DNA of 64,000 nt from Callorhinchus milii (taxonomy: Eukaryota). The notes under the pieces were generated by a model. The model searched no databases. It saw only the letters and a list, made by a program, of their open reading frames with translations, and had not been told where the DNA came from. This document shows positions 35,967 through 46,180 of this stretch, in pieces. Position 1 is the first letter of the stretch, and every line of letters starts with the position of its first letter. Made by a program: the position numbers and the translations under genes. Where the stretch lies: NCBI RefSeq assembly GCF_018977255.1, contig NW_024704757.1, positions 10,850,001 to 10,914,000 on the forward strand, written 5' to 3'.

Positions 35967-36088
35967 TCACAACATTAAATAGGTGGCAGCAATCAGTGCC
36001 ACCACAATCGCCAGCACAAGCTGGAAAGAAGAGCTTTTCAGCAACGATACCACCGTCCGATATGGGCATTCAGATGATTCCACATTCC
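35967..36088 (-). CDS. HMOX2: Heme oxygenase 2, last exon (CP heme-regulatory motif and TM anchor)
   Basis: ag|(G)NVESSECPYRTVVSLLKSSSFQLVLAIVVALIAATYLML*, 122 nt. Confidence 0.93.
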
Positions 36089-36554
36089 CTGGAAATAAAC
36101 AACAGTCAATCCTCAATAGGCATCGTGCAGCTTGTTTACCTCCACCCTAATCCTCCTGAGGAAAAAAGGACATGTTTTTCTACCACCTTATCACTTCAAA
36201 ACACCTGAAGTCGCTTAACAGTAATGAATACTCTTGTGGAGTGACTGTTTTTGTAAAAAAAAAAGCATGGCAGTCAATTTGCACATAGCCATAACGTGAA
36301 TGGCCACTTTATCGGGACAGTTTTGGGGAGAAACTCCTTTTGTCACAAATAATATCATGAGATCTTATCGTCCACCTGAACAGATAGGACCTTGGTTTAA
36401 CATCTCGTACAAAAGACGGCATCTCAGGCAATGCATCGCACCACCAGGTCTGCATTGGACTGTGAGCTCAAGTCCTGATGTGGCACTGAAGGAAGGGGCG
36501 GAGATGAGGGTAAGGGACTAGTCAGCACACCTCCACTGCAGACTGGCAGCTTAC

Positions 36555-36669
36555 CTTTAGCAGTATAGAACGGGCACATGCGGGGATTCCCCTTTCCATC
36601 ATGCATCAGATGTCCACCCTCCGGCGCCTTTGGCAACAATTTCCCGATTTGGTCCAATTCCTCAAAAAC
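36555..36669 (-). CDS. HMOX2: Heme oxygenase 2, coding exon 4 (CP motif)
   Basis: ag|VFEELDQIGKLLPKAPEGGHLMHDGKGNPRMCPFYTAK|gtaagc, 115 nt. HDGKG..CPFY is diagnostic of HO-2. Confidence 0.95.
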
Positions 36670-37017
36670 CTGCAGAGGGGAGAGGGAGAAAGGTTCGACA
36701 GGTCACCTAATGGCCATGTAGCATGGGAGCCTTGTGGCTCAATGCATCAAGTGTAGAAATAATAATAATCCTTGTATTTGACATAGCACCTTATCACTTT
36801 GTTGAGAAATCTCAAAGTGGCACCTCACAAGATATACTGTCAAGTGGAGTGACTTTGTATTAAATCTTACATGATCACAAGTTACATGGTTAGATTTAAT
36901 CTTTAGTGTCTCTCTCACACACACACATACACACACAGAGTAAAGAGATCCACAGGTCACACTCTAGACCACAAGCAGACACTTTTATTCCATGCCGAAT
37001 GCCTCAGGAACACTGAC

Positions 37018-37509
37018 CTGCATGTTGAACTCAAAAGCTCTGTTGGCCTCCTCCACAACCCTCTCCTTGTTCCTTCTATCTAGCTCTAGGCTGTTCAGAC
37101 GAGCCCTGTACAGCTGCTTGAACTGAGTGGGATTCGAAATGTTGTCGAAGATGTAGAATTGGACGCCCTCGCCGGTGCTGGGGAAGTGCAGTGCCCTCTG
37201 GGCCACTTTCTTCAGCACCTGTCCCCCAGACAGGTCACCCATATAGCGGGTGTAGGCATGAGCCACTAGGAGCTCAGGCTCAAACTCACCCACATAGTGG
37301 ATCCGCTCCACATATGCTGTGGTTGCGTCCGAGCTTTGAATCTCATTCTTCCAGTCTGGCCCAAAAAAATATTCCAGGTCCCTCTCCAGAGGCTCCCTGC
37401 GATGTAGCTCAACCGGAAAATAGAGGGGAGCGATGCCAGGATGGTTCCGGTTTTTCTCAATTTCCTCCTCCAGGGCAGAATAAGTGAAGTACAGAGCCGC
37501 AGTGCCCAG
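37018..37509 (-). CDS. HMOX2: Heme oxygenase 2, coding exon 3 (catalytic core)
   Basis: ag|[16 protein letters not shown]...[28 protein letters not shown]...AFEFNMQ|gtcagt, 492 nt. Confidence 0.97.
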
Positions 37510-37686
37510 CTGCAAGAGGAGGAAGAATATAGGAGCCAACCTGTGCATTTGAACCAACATTTCCTCCAGCACAATAAACTGCTGGGGTTAACCACCCACC
37601 TCCCCCAGACCCACCCGTTCCATGTGGAAATTGAGCATAGAATTTTAATCAGTGATTGAAATTCAGATTATTCCAGTGCAGCTCAC

Positions 37687-37804
37687 CTTGAACAACTCCA
37701 GGTGTATCTTTCCTTTCAGGAAGTCCTTCACAAACTGGGTATTCTCTGCACGATCATGTGCTTCCTTTGTTCCTTCCTTTAGGATCTCAGAAAGATCAGT
37801 GGGA
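37687..37804 (-). CDS. HMOX2: Heme oxygenase 2, coding exon 2 (proximal His)
   Basis: ag|(S)[39 protein letters not shown]|gtgagc, 118 nt. Confidence 0.96.
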
Positions 37805-38034
37805 CTGTAAGAAAGCAGAAGGGAACGGATTAGAAGCCTTGTAACACTTGGCCAAAAGCTCAGTACAGAAAGAGTAAGACACAGGATCAGGAGAGGGGAA
37901 GAGAGCAAGTGTACATGAACCTTTAAAGGGCACAAACACGGAAGAATGGCGAAGGTGGAGTAAAGCCGCGGTCATGTCAAAGACAGTCGAGAAATTGGAA
38001 GTGCCGTTGATTTCCAAAAACAAACAGCACAAAC

Positions 38035-38102
38035 CTGGTGAAATCCACATCCATTCCAATATCTTCCACCTCACTGAGTGCTTTCCCTTCAGTCACAAGC
38101 AT
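38035..38102 (-). CDS. HMOX2: Heme oxygenase 2, coding exon 1
   Basis: Acceptor ccag at 38113, then ATG 38102, MLVTEGKALSEVEDIGMDVDFT|gtttgt. Phase 2 fits the next exon. Acidic N-terminal extension as expected for HO-2. Confidence 0.82.
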
Positions 38103-38429
38103 CACTCAGCAGCTGGAACGTTGTGACTCAACACACAAACTGACCAGCAGCATGAATCGCAAGCAGGGTAGCAGCAACAACTCCAGGTAAGACCAGGCTC
38201 CTGTAACAAAGTTTGAGATACCATTCAACACCCAAACAGAAACCTCCAACAGGGCAGGAGAGATAAACAGCAGTGCAGACTAGGGCAAAGAAATTGTGGG
38301 CAGGCAGAGGAGGGGGGAGGGTATCAAAAACGAGAATAATACACAATACAAATCAATTTTAATATTAATATAGCACCATTCACATTGGGAGAATCTGACA
38401 AGCCGGGAGTGGGAGTGAGGAGGGTAAAG

Positions 38430-38764
38430 ATAATAATAATAATAATAATAATCCTTGCATTTGATATAGCGCTTTTCACGTCGGGAGGACGTCCCAAAGC
38501 GCTTCACAGAACACACTGTAAAGTGAATTGACTGTATATTTGTGGGCGAACGCGGCAGCCAATTGCGCACAGCAATGTCCCACAAACAGTCGTAGATTGA
38601 AAATGACCAATTTTAATTATTGTTTTCGGTTTTTTGGAGGGATTATTATTAGGCTCTGTGTGGAGTAAGGAAACTTGCCCAAGGTTTCGCCCTCTGCCTG
38701 GAATTGAACTCAGGTCTCTCACTTGCAAAGCGAGTGCTCTAACCACTGAGCTACAGGACTCCAC
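38430..38764 (-). mobile_element. tRNA-derived Deu-type SINE, full length and young
   Basis: Reverse complement of the family at 43235-43549, with a (TTA)n tail. Confidence 0.9.
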
Positions 38765-39100
38765 TACAAGATGCCTGAAGCCGGGGTCTTGAGGTGGACC
38801 TTGAAAGAGGTAAGGGAGAGCGCGAGGCAGAAGGACTCTAGATGAACTTCCACAGAGTGGGGACACCGAGGCTGAAAGCCCACCCGGCACAAGGGGCAGG
38901 GGATATGAAACAGGCGGGTGCCCGATAAGCAAAGGGAATGGCGAGTACGTTTTGAGGATGTAGGGTGGGCAAGACCGCAGAGGGATGTGAAGGCGAGGAT
39001 GAGGATCTTGAACTCAAATCTGCTAAGGGATGGGGGAGCCAATGGCGATGGGGGAGGATGAGGGCGATAGGCTCACAGAGCCAAGTGCTGGAAAAAATAC
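38765..39100 (-). mobile_element. L2 LINE fragment
   Basis: Minus frame reads RFEFKILILAFTSLCGLAHP...LTSFKVHLKT. Confidence 0.7.
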
Positions 39101-39471
39101 ATAGGGAAGGCAGAGCGAGAGGCAACGGGAAGATATTGGGACCAACGTGGGGGGGGGGGGTGGGGGGGGGGCAGGTCATTGCGAAAATGGGGCTCTCAGT
39201 GTAGAAGGGAAGTGAGAGGTTGGATGAGGAACAGGACAAGCGGGAGGGGGGGAGGGGGGGGGGGAGGGGGGGGGGAGGGGGGGAGGGAGGGGGAAGCCCG
39301 AGGGGAGAGAGCGAGGCTCAGGGTGAAGGGGTAAGTTACCGGCGGGTTAGGCCGAGGGGAGGGGGTGAGGGGTGAGTGGGGGGCGGCTTAGGTGTTGACC
39401 TGACGGTTGGGGGTGAGGGGTCAGGGGGGGGGGGGTGAGAGTGGGGGGGGGGGAGGGGGGGGTCAGGTTAC

Positions 39472-39670
39472 CTGTCAGTGAACCACACTTACTATCGGGT
39501 CAGTTCGGGGTCGAGAGCTCGCGCTCACCCGTCAAGTTGATCTCTCGGACGACTTTGCTTTGACTTCCGGGGCCTCGCCTGACGGCGGCGGATGTGACGT
39601 CACTGTGCCACTGACGCGACCCCGGCTTGCGCTCCGAGGTTGTCACGGAGACGTGACGTCGCGTGACAAC
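39472..39670 (-). promoter_or_regulatory. HMOX2 CpG-rich promoter and non-coding first exon
   Basis: Minus-strand donor cag|gtaacc at 39472/39471. ETS motif acttccgg at 39563-39570, palindromic CRE gTGACGTCAc at 39594-39603 and a further gtgacgtc at 39653-39660. Confidence 0.65.
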
Positions 39671-40504
39671 AATCTGAGTCCAGCCTCCCCTCAACCCCCC
39701 CCCCCACCCCCCACCACCCCCCACACACACCCCCTCCTCCTCCCCCACTACCCCACCCACCCCACCCCACCCCACCCCGTGCTCCTTCAGCCGCCTCGAC
39801 GCTCACCCTCACCCCAGCCACCGGGCGCAGGACCAGCCACAGCCCTCAGCCAGAGTCCCGGGCGGCCACCTGCAACCCCTCCCTCCCTCCCTCCCCCCAC
39901 CACATACACCAGAGCTCCCCCTCCTCCAGAGGCCCCACCCACCACCCCCCACCCACCTTCAACCCTAACCCATTACTAGGCTCCACAAGCCATAGGTCCC
40001 ACCCCCAAACCAGCCTCCGTTAGCTCCTGAGGTCCTTACCCCTATCCTGGGCACCAAACAATTCACCCCCACCGTGGGCCTTGAACTCTTCTCCCCTGAC
40101 CCCATGGCCTGACCTTTGCCCCTTCGACCGTGACCTGAGCTCCTCGGCCCGTTTTCCCGACTCGGGACTCCCTCGTTCCCATCACGTATCCCGAGCTCCT
40201 CGTCCCCATCCAGGGCACTCAGTTCTTCGTCCCCGTCCCAGGCTCCGAACTCCTTGCCCCTATTCCAGGCTCTGGGCTCCTTGTCCCTATTCTGGGCTCG
40301 GAGCTTCTTGTCCCTGTCCCAAGCTCGGAGCTGTTTGTCGCTGTTCCAGACCCTGATCTCCTCCATAATCCAGGTACCAAGCTTCTCCACAATCAGATTC
40401 CCATCTACTCTCTAACCCAGGCCACAACCTCCTCTGCAACCCAAGTACCAAGCTCCCCAACTAGGGCTCCAGCTTCTTCTACAACTTGGGCTCAGTTCTA
40501 CTCC

Positions 40505-41000
40505 ACAGCTCGGGCTCCATCCAACACCAGAACGCAGGCTCCATACAACACTACAACTCGGGCTCCATCCAACACCACAACGCAGGCTCCATACAACACT
40601 ACAACTCGGGCTCCATACAACACTACAACTCGGGCTCCATACAACACTACAACTCGGGCTTCATTCAACACCACAACTCGGGCTCCATACAACACCACAA
40701 CTTGGGCTTCATCCAACACCACAACTCGGGCTCCATACAATACCACAACTCGGGCTCCATCCAACACCACAACTCGGGCTCCATACAACACTATAATTCG
40801 GGCTCCATCCAACACCACAACTCGGGCTCCATACAACACTATAATTCGGGCTCCATCCAACACCACAACTCGAGCTCCATACAACACCACAACTCGGGCT
40901 CCATACAACACCACAACTCGGGCTCCATCCAACACCACAACTCGGGCTCCATCCAACACCACAACTCAGGCTCCATCCAACAGTATAACTCGGGCTCCAT
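40505..41000. repeat. 24-bp minisatellite (aactcgggctccatacaacaccac), about 20 copies, with more decayed flanks (~40130-41560)
   Basis: Tandem units read directly. They produce spurious ORFs with an 8-aa period on both strands. Confidence 0.93.
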
Positions 41001-41779
41001 CCTTATCCACAAAGCAGGCCCTGACCTCCTGTGCAGCCTGCTCCCCAATCTCTTTTACAAACTGGGACCCATCCTCCTCTGGCACAACCTATGTCCCAAT
41101 CTTCACCACACCCCATGCCCCGATTTCTAAAATTCAGGCTTCAAGTTCATCTGAAACTCGGGCCCGAACCTCCACTTGTGCAACCTGTGCCCCAACCTCT
41201 ACCAGCATAACCCAGGTTCCGACCTCCATTTCATCCACAATCAGGGCCCCAACCTCCTCCTCTCCAAATTGGGTCCGCAGCTTCTCCTCCCTCATATGGA
41301 ACCCGGACTCTCCCTCTTCAACTCCAAGTTCTGCTTCCCTCATCAGGAATTCAAACTGCGCCTCCTCAAGTGTTGCCTCTCTCATCGGGACCCCAACTTT
41401 ATCCAGGTCCTCAAGCTTGTCCCTTCTCAACTGGAACCCGAGCTCTCCTTCCAAATCTTGGGTTCCCAACTTCTCTTCCCTTCCCTGGACCCCAATCTCT
41501 GGCTCTCCAACCCAAGCTCCAAGCACTGCCTCGTCAACCCGGATTCCAACCCCCTGTTCAAACTGGCTTCCAATGAGGCTTTATTGTTCGACATCTTCAA
41601 CATAGTCACAAACTCTACAACAAAAGGCTATGGACTTCAAGCTCAGGAGAGAGAAGGTGAATAAATCACAAATCAGATTCAAGCATGATGAATAGTATAT
41701 GGAATCGACTTTCCATGTAGGCACTCCACACCTTAGGCAATGACAGCTTCACCATGCAACGATGAACACTCCACCTCAC

Positions 41780-42520
41780 TAAGCCAGTCTGGAACTTTGG
41801 CATCTTGTTTGACCCTCAACTAGCTCTTCTACCCCACATCTGTCCCACTCTGCCTTCCCCCATCTCCGCAACATCGCCCGGCTCCGCCACTCTCACACCA
41901 CAGGCCACCAAGACCCTCATACACGCATTCATAACATCCAGGCTCGACTCTGCAAACTCCCTGCTTGTCGGCCTCCCCATCTTCTCCCTCCCTAGACTGC
42001 AGATCATCCATAACTCTGCAGTCCGTGTCCTCTCTTGCATCAGGCTCCACGACCCCATCACCCCCATCCTCTCCCAACACTACTGACTTCCCATCACACA
42101 GAGGATACAATTCAAGATCCTGGTCCTCAACTTCAAAGCCCTCCATGGCTTTGCTCCCCCCTACCTCTCCGACCTCCTAACCCCCTACCAACCTTTCTGC
42201 TCCCTCTGTTCAGCAGGCTCCAGCCCGCTTCACGTCCTCCGCTTGCCCACCCCACCATTGACGGATGGGCCTTCTGCCTCTCTGCCCCCATCCGCTGGAA
42301 CTGCATCCCACAGTCCCTCCGCCTCGCTCCCTCCCTTGCCTCCTTCAAGACTGGTCTCAAGTCCCTTCTCTTCGACCGTGCCTTCGGACACCCTCCTTTC
42401 CCCCCTGCTCTGCAAACTCCCCGACCTCCAGCTCAGGTCTGAAACACTGATTGTCCTGAGCTTTGGGATATCCACCCGACGTGAGAGATGCAATATAAAT
42501 ATAATTTTGTTGTTGTTGTT
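41780..42520 (+). mobile_element. L2 LINE 3' fragment
   Basis: TKTLIHAFITSRLDSANSLLVGLP...LASFKTGLKSLLFDRAF, then a tail and (TTG)n. Same family as 27405-28127. Confidence 0.88.
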
Positions 42521-43234
42521 GGAGTCATATTGTGTCAGCAAACTCAAGAGGGAATTAGATTGGTACTTCACAAAGAAATAAATTAAGCAGTACAAGAGAT
42601 CACATGGTGTATCGTTTTGGACAATGTGTTACTAACAATTGTACAACGTAACTATTTCTATATAGCTCAACAGAAATAACCATACCTTGAATAATGCTCA
42701 GAGATGGTTTGTTATAGTTGTGTTTAGTCAACCTGTCAAGGACATGATTCTTATTTATTTGATTTCGGAGAATGTTTGCCAATTCCAGGACATCACCCCT
42801 TAGTGGAGGCACATGCGGGAGTCAGCCTGTATCAGATGGTAGCTGTCTTAACTGTCAATGAAGAAGGTTGGTGGGTTCAAGCCACAGTCTAGGTTGACGC
42901 TCCAGTACAACATTGTTGAAAATGCTGTCCTTCAGATGAAATATTAAACAATAATGGGGTAGTTATCAAGACTTTTTGGTCACCCTGTATAACTAACTAA
43001 TTTCTGAATCTCAGTGTTGCCCTTGCTGCTCATTCTGAATATTTCTTCAGGTAGAGTTAAGATAAGAAATATTCAGCATAAAAGGAGGACATTTATTCCA
43101 TCGTATTGTTGCCATTGCTACCCATTTTTCTAAATTGCCCTTTTTTATCAATTCCACTTTTCAGCTATTTCTCCATGTGCCTTAATATTTTATTACTCAG
43201 AAGCTTATTAAACAACAACAACTTGCACTTGTAT

Positions 43235-43549
43235 CGTGGAGTCCTGTAGCTCAGTGGTTAGAGCACTCGCCTTGCAAGCGAGACACCTGGGTTCAATTCC
43301 AGGCAGAGGGCGAAACCTTGGGCAAGTTTCCTTACTCCACACACCTAATAATAATCCCTCCAAAACCCAAAACAATAATAAATTGGTCATTTTCAACCTA
43401 TGACTGTTTGTAGGACACTACTGTGCGCGATTGGCTGCCGGTTTCACCCACAAATATACAGTCAATTCACTTTACAGCTGTGAAGCGCTTTGAGACATCG
43501 AGAAGATGTGAAAAGTGCTATATCAAATGCAAGAATTATGATTATTATT
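43235..43549 (+). mobile_element. tRNA-derived Deu-type SINE, full length, inserted into an antisense L2 tail
   Basis: Head gtcctgtagctcagtggttagagcactcgccttgcaagcgag...ggttcaattcc. The flanks rejoin as aacaacttgcacttgtat|atagcgccctccatgaagggtagcgtctcagagcgc. Confidence 0.9.
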
Positions 43550-44699
43550 ATAGCGCCCTCCATGAAGGGTAGCGTCTCAGAGCGCTTATTCCATCTCAAA
43601 TGAAAAATGTTTGTTCTGCTGTCCTCGGCAACATTCCTTCAGATATACTGGCTATCTACTTTAAAGCTGATTGTGAGGCTTCGTTGTGCATTACACTACA
43701 CTTGACAAGCATTTTGAAATTGTACACCATAAAAATGAAAGTGCTTTCTTGCATTATCTTGAACTAAACAAACATTCACTTATGAATGTGACTCTCGTTG
43801 TCTTCCTCTATCCTCAGACAGGTTTAGACATCATATTCCTCTTCCAAGAGAAGATTGAAGTACCTCTAGCAAGAAAATCGTTGATCCACAATGGCAAGAA
43901 CTCAGGTGAAGATTTTTTATTATTATGATTATTTATTTTGTGATTTTTAAACTTTGTCTCATTGGAACCGAATAGTTCTAAAGGATAGGGAGGTCCTAGT
44001 TGGACAAGCAATGTGGAGCATGACAGACAGTCTTCTCAATGGCAATCTATGTGTGTTTTTTTCTCTGATTTTTTAAAAAAACAACAGCTCTATGTATCCC
44101 AACACAATGTGGAGTGCCGCTGGGGTCACCAAGCCTTGGTGAGAGCCAAGGACCAAATACCTCTCTGGACTTAGCTAAGCAGAGTGAGTGCATATCTCCA
44201 GGGAGAGAGTGCACATTCAGGGAAATTTCCATGTGTGAGTCAGGTGGCAGAGGTTTGAGCCTGGTGTTTTTGAGCCGGTTGGTTGTTTTTTGGTCCACAG
44301 CCTTACGTTCCAGTGTCTAACATCCATCATCGTACCTCTCCAAGTTGCACGTCAAAGGTCCCTCGGTTTAATATTGTCGCACCGATACGATGTGGACCTA
44401 TTCGAGGTGCACACCGAACAGCCCCGGGTTTGATACACAGCACTGTGCGGCAGAGCTCAGGGAGATGACACCTCTCTCAGAGACATCCCCGAGGGAGGTG
44501 TTGCGTAAGTGCTCTCTCGGTGAAAACAGAGGAAATGATGTGCAAACGATGGTAAACCCAAGTGACTGGGTGTTGGCTGTAGCTCATGGCTCCCCCCCGG
44601 GCTGTGGGCTGTGGGCTGTGGGCTGTTCCCCAGCGGGTCTCTGGGGTTGGGGTTGGGGTTGGTTTGTACCCCAGTGAGAGGCTCAGGGCTGATGGCAAC

Positions 44700-45400
44700 A
44701 CATTGGATGCCCATCTCCGCGCTGCGCCGCTCTCTCCTAAACTTTACTGCCCCGAAACTTCTGCCCAAATAACTGCCGGCGTTAGCGTTTCCGGGTCCTT
44801 CTCTCGGCGGCAGCTGTTGGGGGGTGTGGTTTGAGTACAAATCCGCCCTCACACACCCCCACTCCCCACACACACCCCCACCTCCCCCCCCCCCCCCCCA
44901 CACACACACCCCCCACAGCCTATCCGCTTTGCCCGAGGTCGGGATGATCGGAACCGGCTTTACCGGCTGTCACTGAGCCCGACACAGCAATCGGTGTCAG
45001 AGGAGAGCGACTGCAGAAGCACCCGGCGAGACAGACACACAGACAGACACACACAGACACAGACAGACGGACCCCTCGCAGTAATTCATCACCACCACCA
45101 CCACCATCACCATCAGCAGCCAAATAAGATGTGTCCGCGGCTCTGACAGTCGGCTCCAGGCTCTGCAAACCAGGATTAACGTCGGGGGTGGGGGGGGGGG
45201 GGGACACCGGACAAGGAGAGGAGCGATCGGATCCCACCAGCAGTAGTCCCTCAGCCATCCAGACCCCCCCCCCCCCCCCACCACCACCACCCCCCACCCT
45301 CACCCCCTCAAGGGGTCCGGCGCTGACAGCTCATCCCAACTGTGCTCATCCCAACCGCGAGGTCCAAACAGCTGCAGGAATCGTGTCGGCACTGGTGAGA
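44700..45400 (+). promoter_or_regulatory. CpG island, probable SEC14L5 promoter and non-coding exon 1
   Basis: CpG-rich stretch upstream of SEC14L5 with a candidate donor actg|gtgaga at 45394/45395. The first coding exon begins with an acceptor at 58001, so an upstream exon is required. Confidence 0.55.
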
Positions 45401-45404
45401 GACA

Positions 45405-45490
45405 GAGAGAGAAAGAGAAAGAGAGAGAGTGATCCTCTTCTTCTTCTTCTTCTTCTTCTTCTTGTTCTTTTTCTTCTTCTTTTTTTTTTA
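45405..45490. repeat. (GA)n and (TTC)n microsatellites
   Basis: Direct reading. Confidence 0.9.
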
Positions 45491-45733
45491 AATAGCATTT
45501 CGATGGCACTTTTCAGTCCGGGAATATTCGAGAGATGCAGGCGCGCCAATCTGGACGCGTCCCGGCTTTCAGTGCGAAATATTTCTGGGGCGGGAAAAAA
45601 AAACAATCGGAGAGTCACGCAGTTCCCAAGAAGATTAAAGTAATCCTTATCCTTGCGTTTGATGCACGGTGGCGTCGGAGCACTTCGTTAAAATATCTCT
45701 CACGGGGCTGCACAGGATTAGCAGCTGAGGTTG

Positions 45734-46180
45734 GCTGGGAACACTCAGCAGGTCAGGCAGCATCTATGGAGAAAGGAGAGTGAGTCAATAATAATAATAA
45801 TAATGATAATAATAATGATAATAATCCTTGCATTTGATATAGCGCTTTTCACGTCGGGAGGACGTCCCAAAGCGCTTCACAGAACGCACTGTAAAGTTGA
45901 ATTGACTGTATTTTTTGTGGGCGAACGCGGCAGCCAATTGCGCACAGCGACGTCCCACAAACAGTCGTAGATTGAAAATGACCAATTTATTATTGTCAAG
46001 GTCAACGTTTCAGGTCCACGACCCTTCGGGTCCACGAGTTCTGACGAAGGGTCGTGGACCCGAAACGTTGACTCACTTTCCTTTCACCATAGCTGCTTTC
46101 TGACCCGCCGAGTGTTCCGTTCCCAGCGACTTCTGTTTTTGTTTCAGATTTGCAGCATCTGCAGTATTTTGCGTTTTGTT
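45734..46180. mobile_element. Penelope-derived inverted-repeat element interrupted by a truncated SINE (45788-45995, minus strand)
   Basis: The left arm gctgggaacactcagcaggtcaggcagcatctatggagaaagg..gtgagtcaa[SINE]gtcaacgtttcaggtccacgacccttcg is largely the reverse complement of 46045-46127. The right arm matches the PLE UTR at 11930-12025. Confidence 0.75.
46036..46074 (+). ncRNA. Minimal type I (Penelope-type) hammerhead ribozyme motif
   Basis: GAGUU-CUGACGA-A-GGGUC(GUG)GACCC-GAAA-CG-UU-GACUC: stem I GAGUU/GACUC, conserved core, 5-bp stem II and palindromic AACGUU in place of stem III. Confidence 0.62.

Noticed and set aside
40505-41000. CRISPR-like array (also considered for 17210-17475)
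   Set aside because: The units are contiguous with no unique spacers, there are no cas genes, and the context is vertebrate.
40486-41130. 214-aa His/Ser-rich repeat protein
   Set aside because: It starts at a non-ATG codon, both strands are open, and a 24-bp minisatellite fully explains it.
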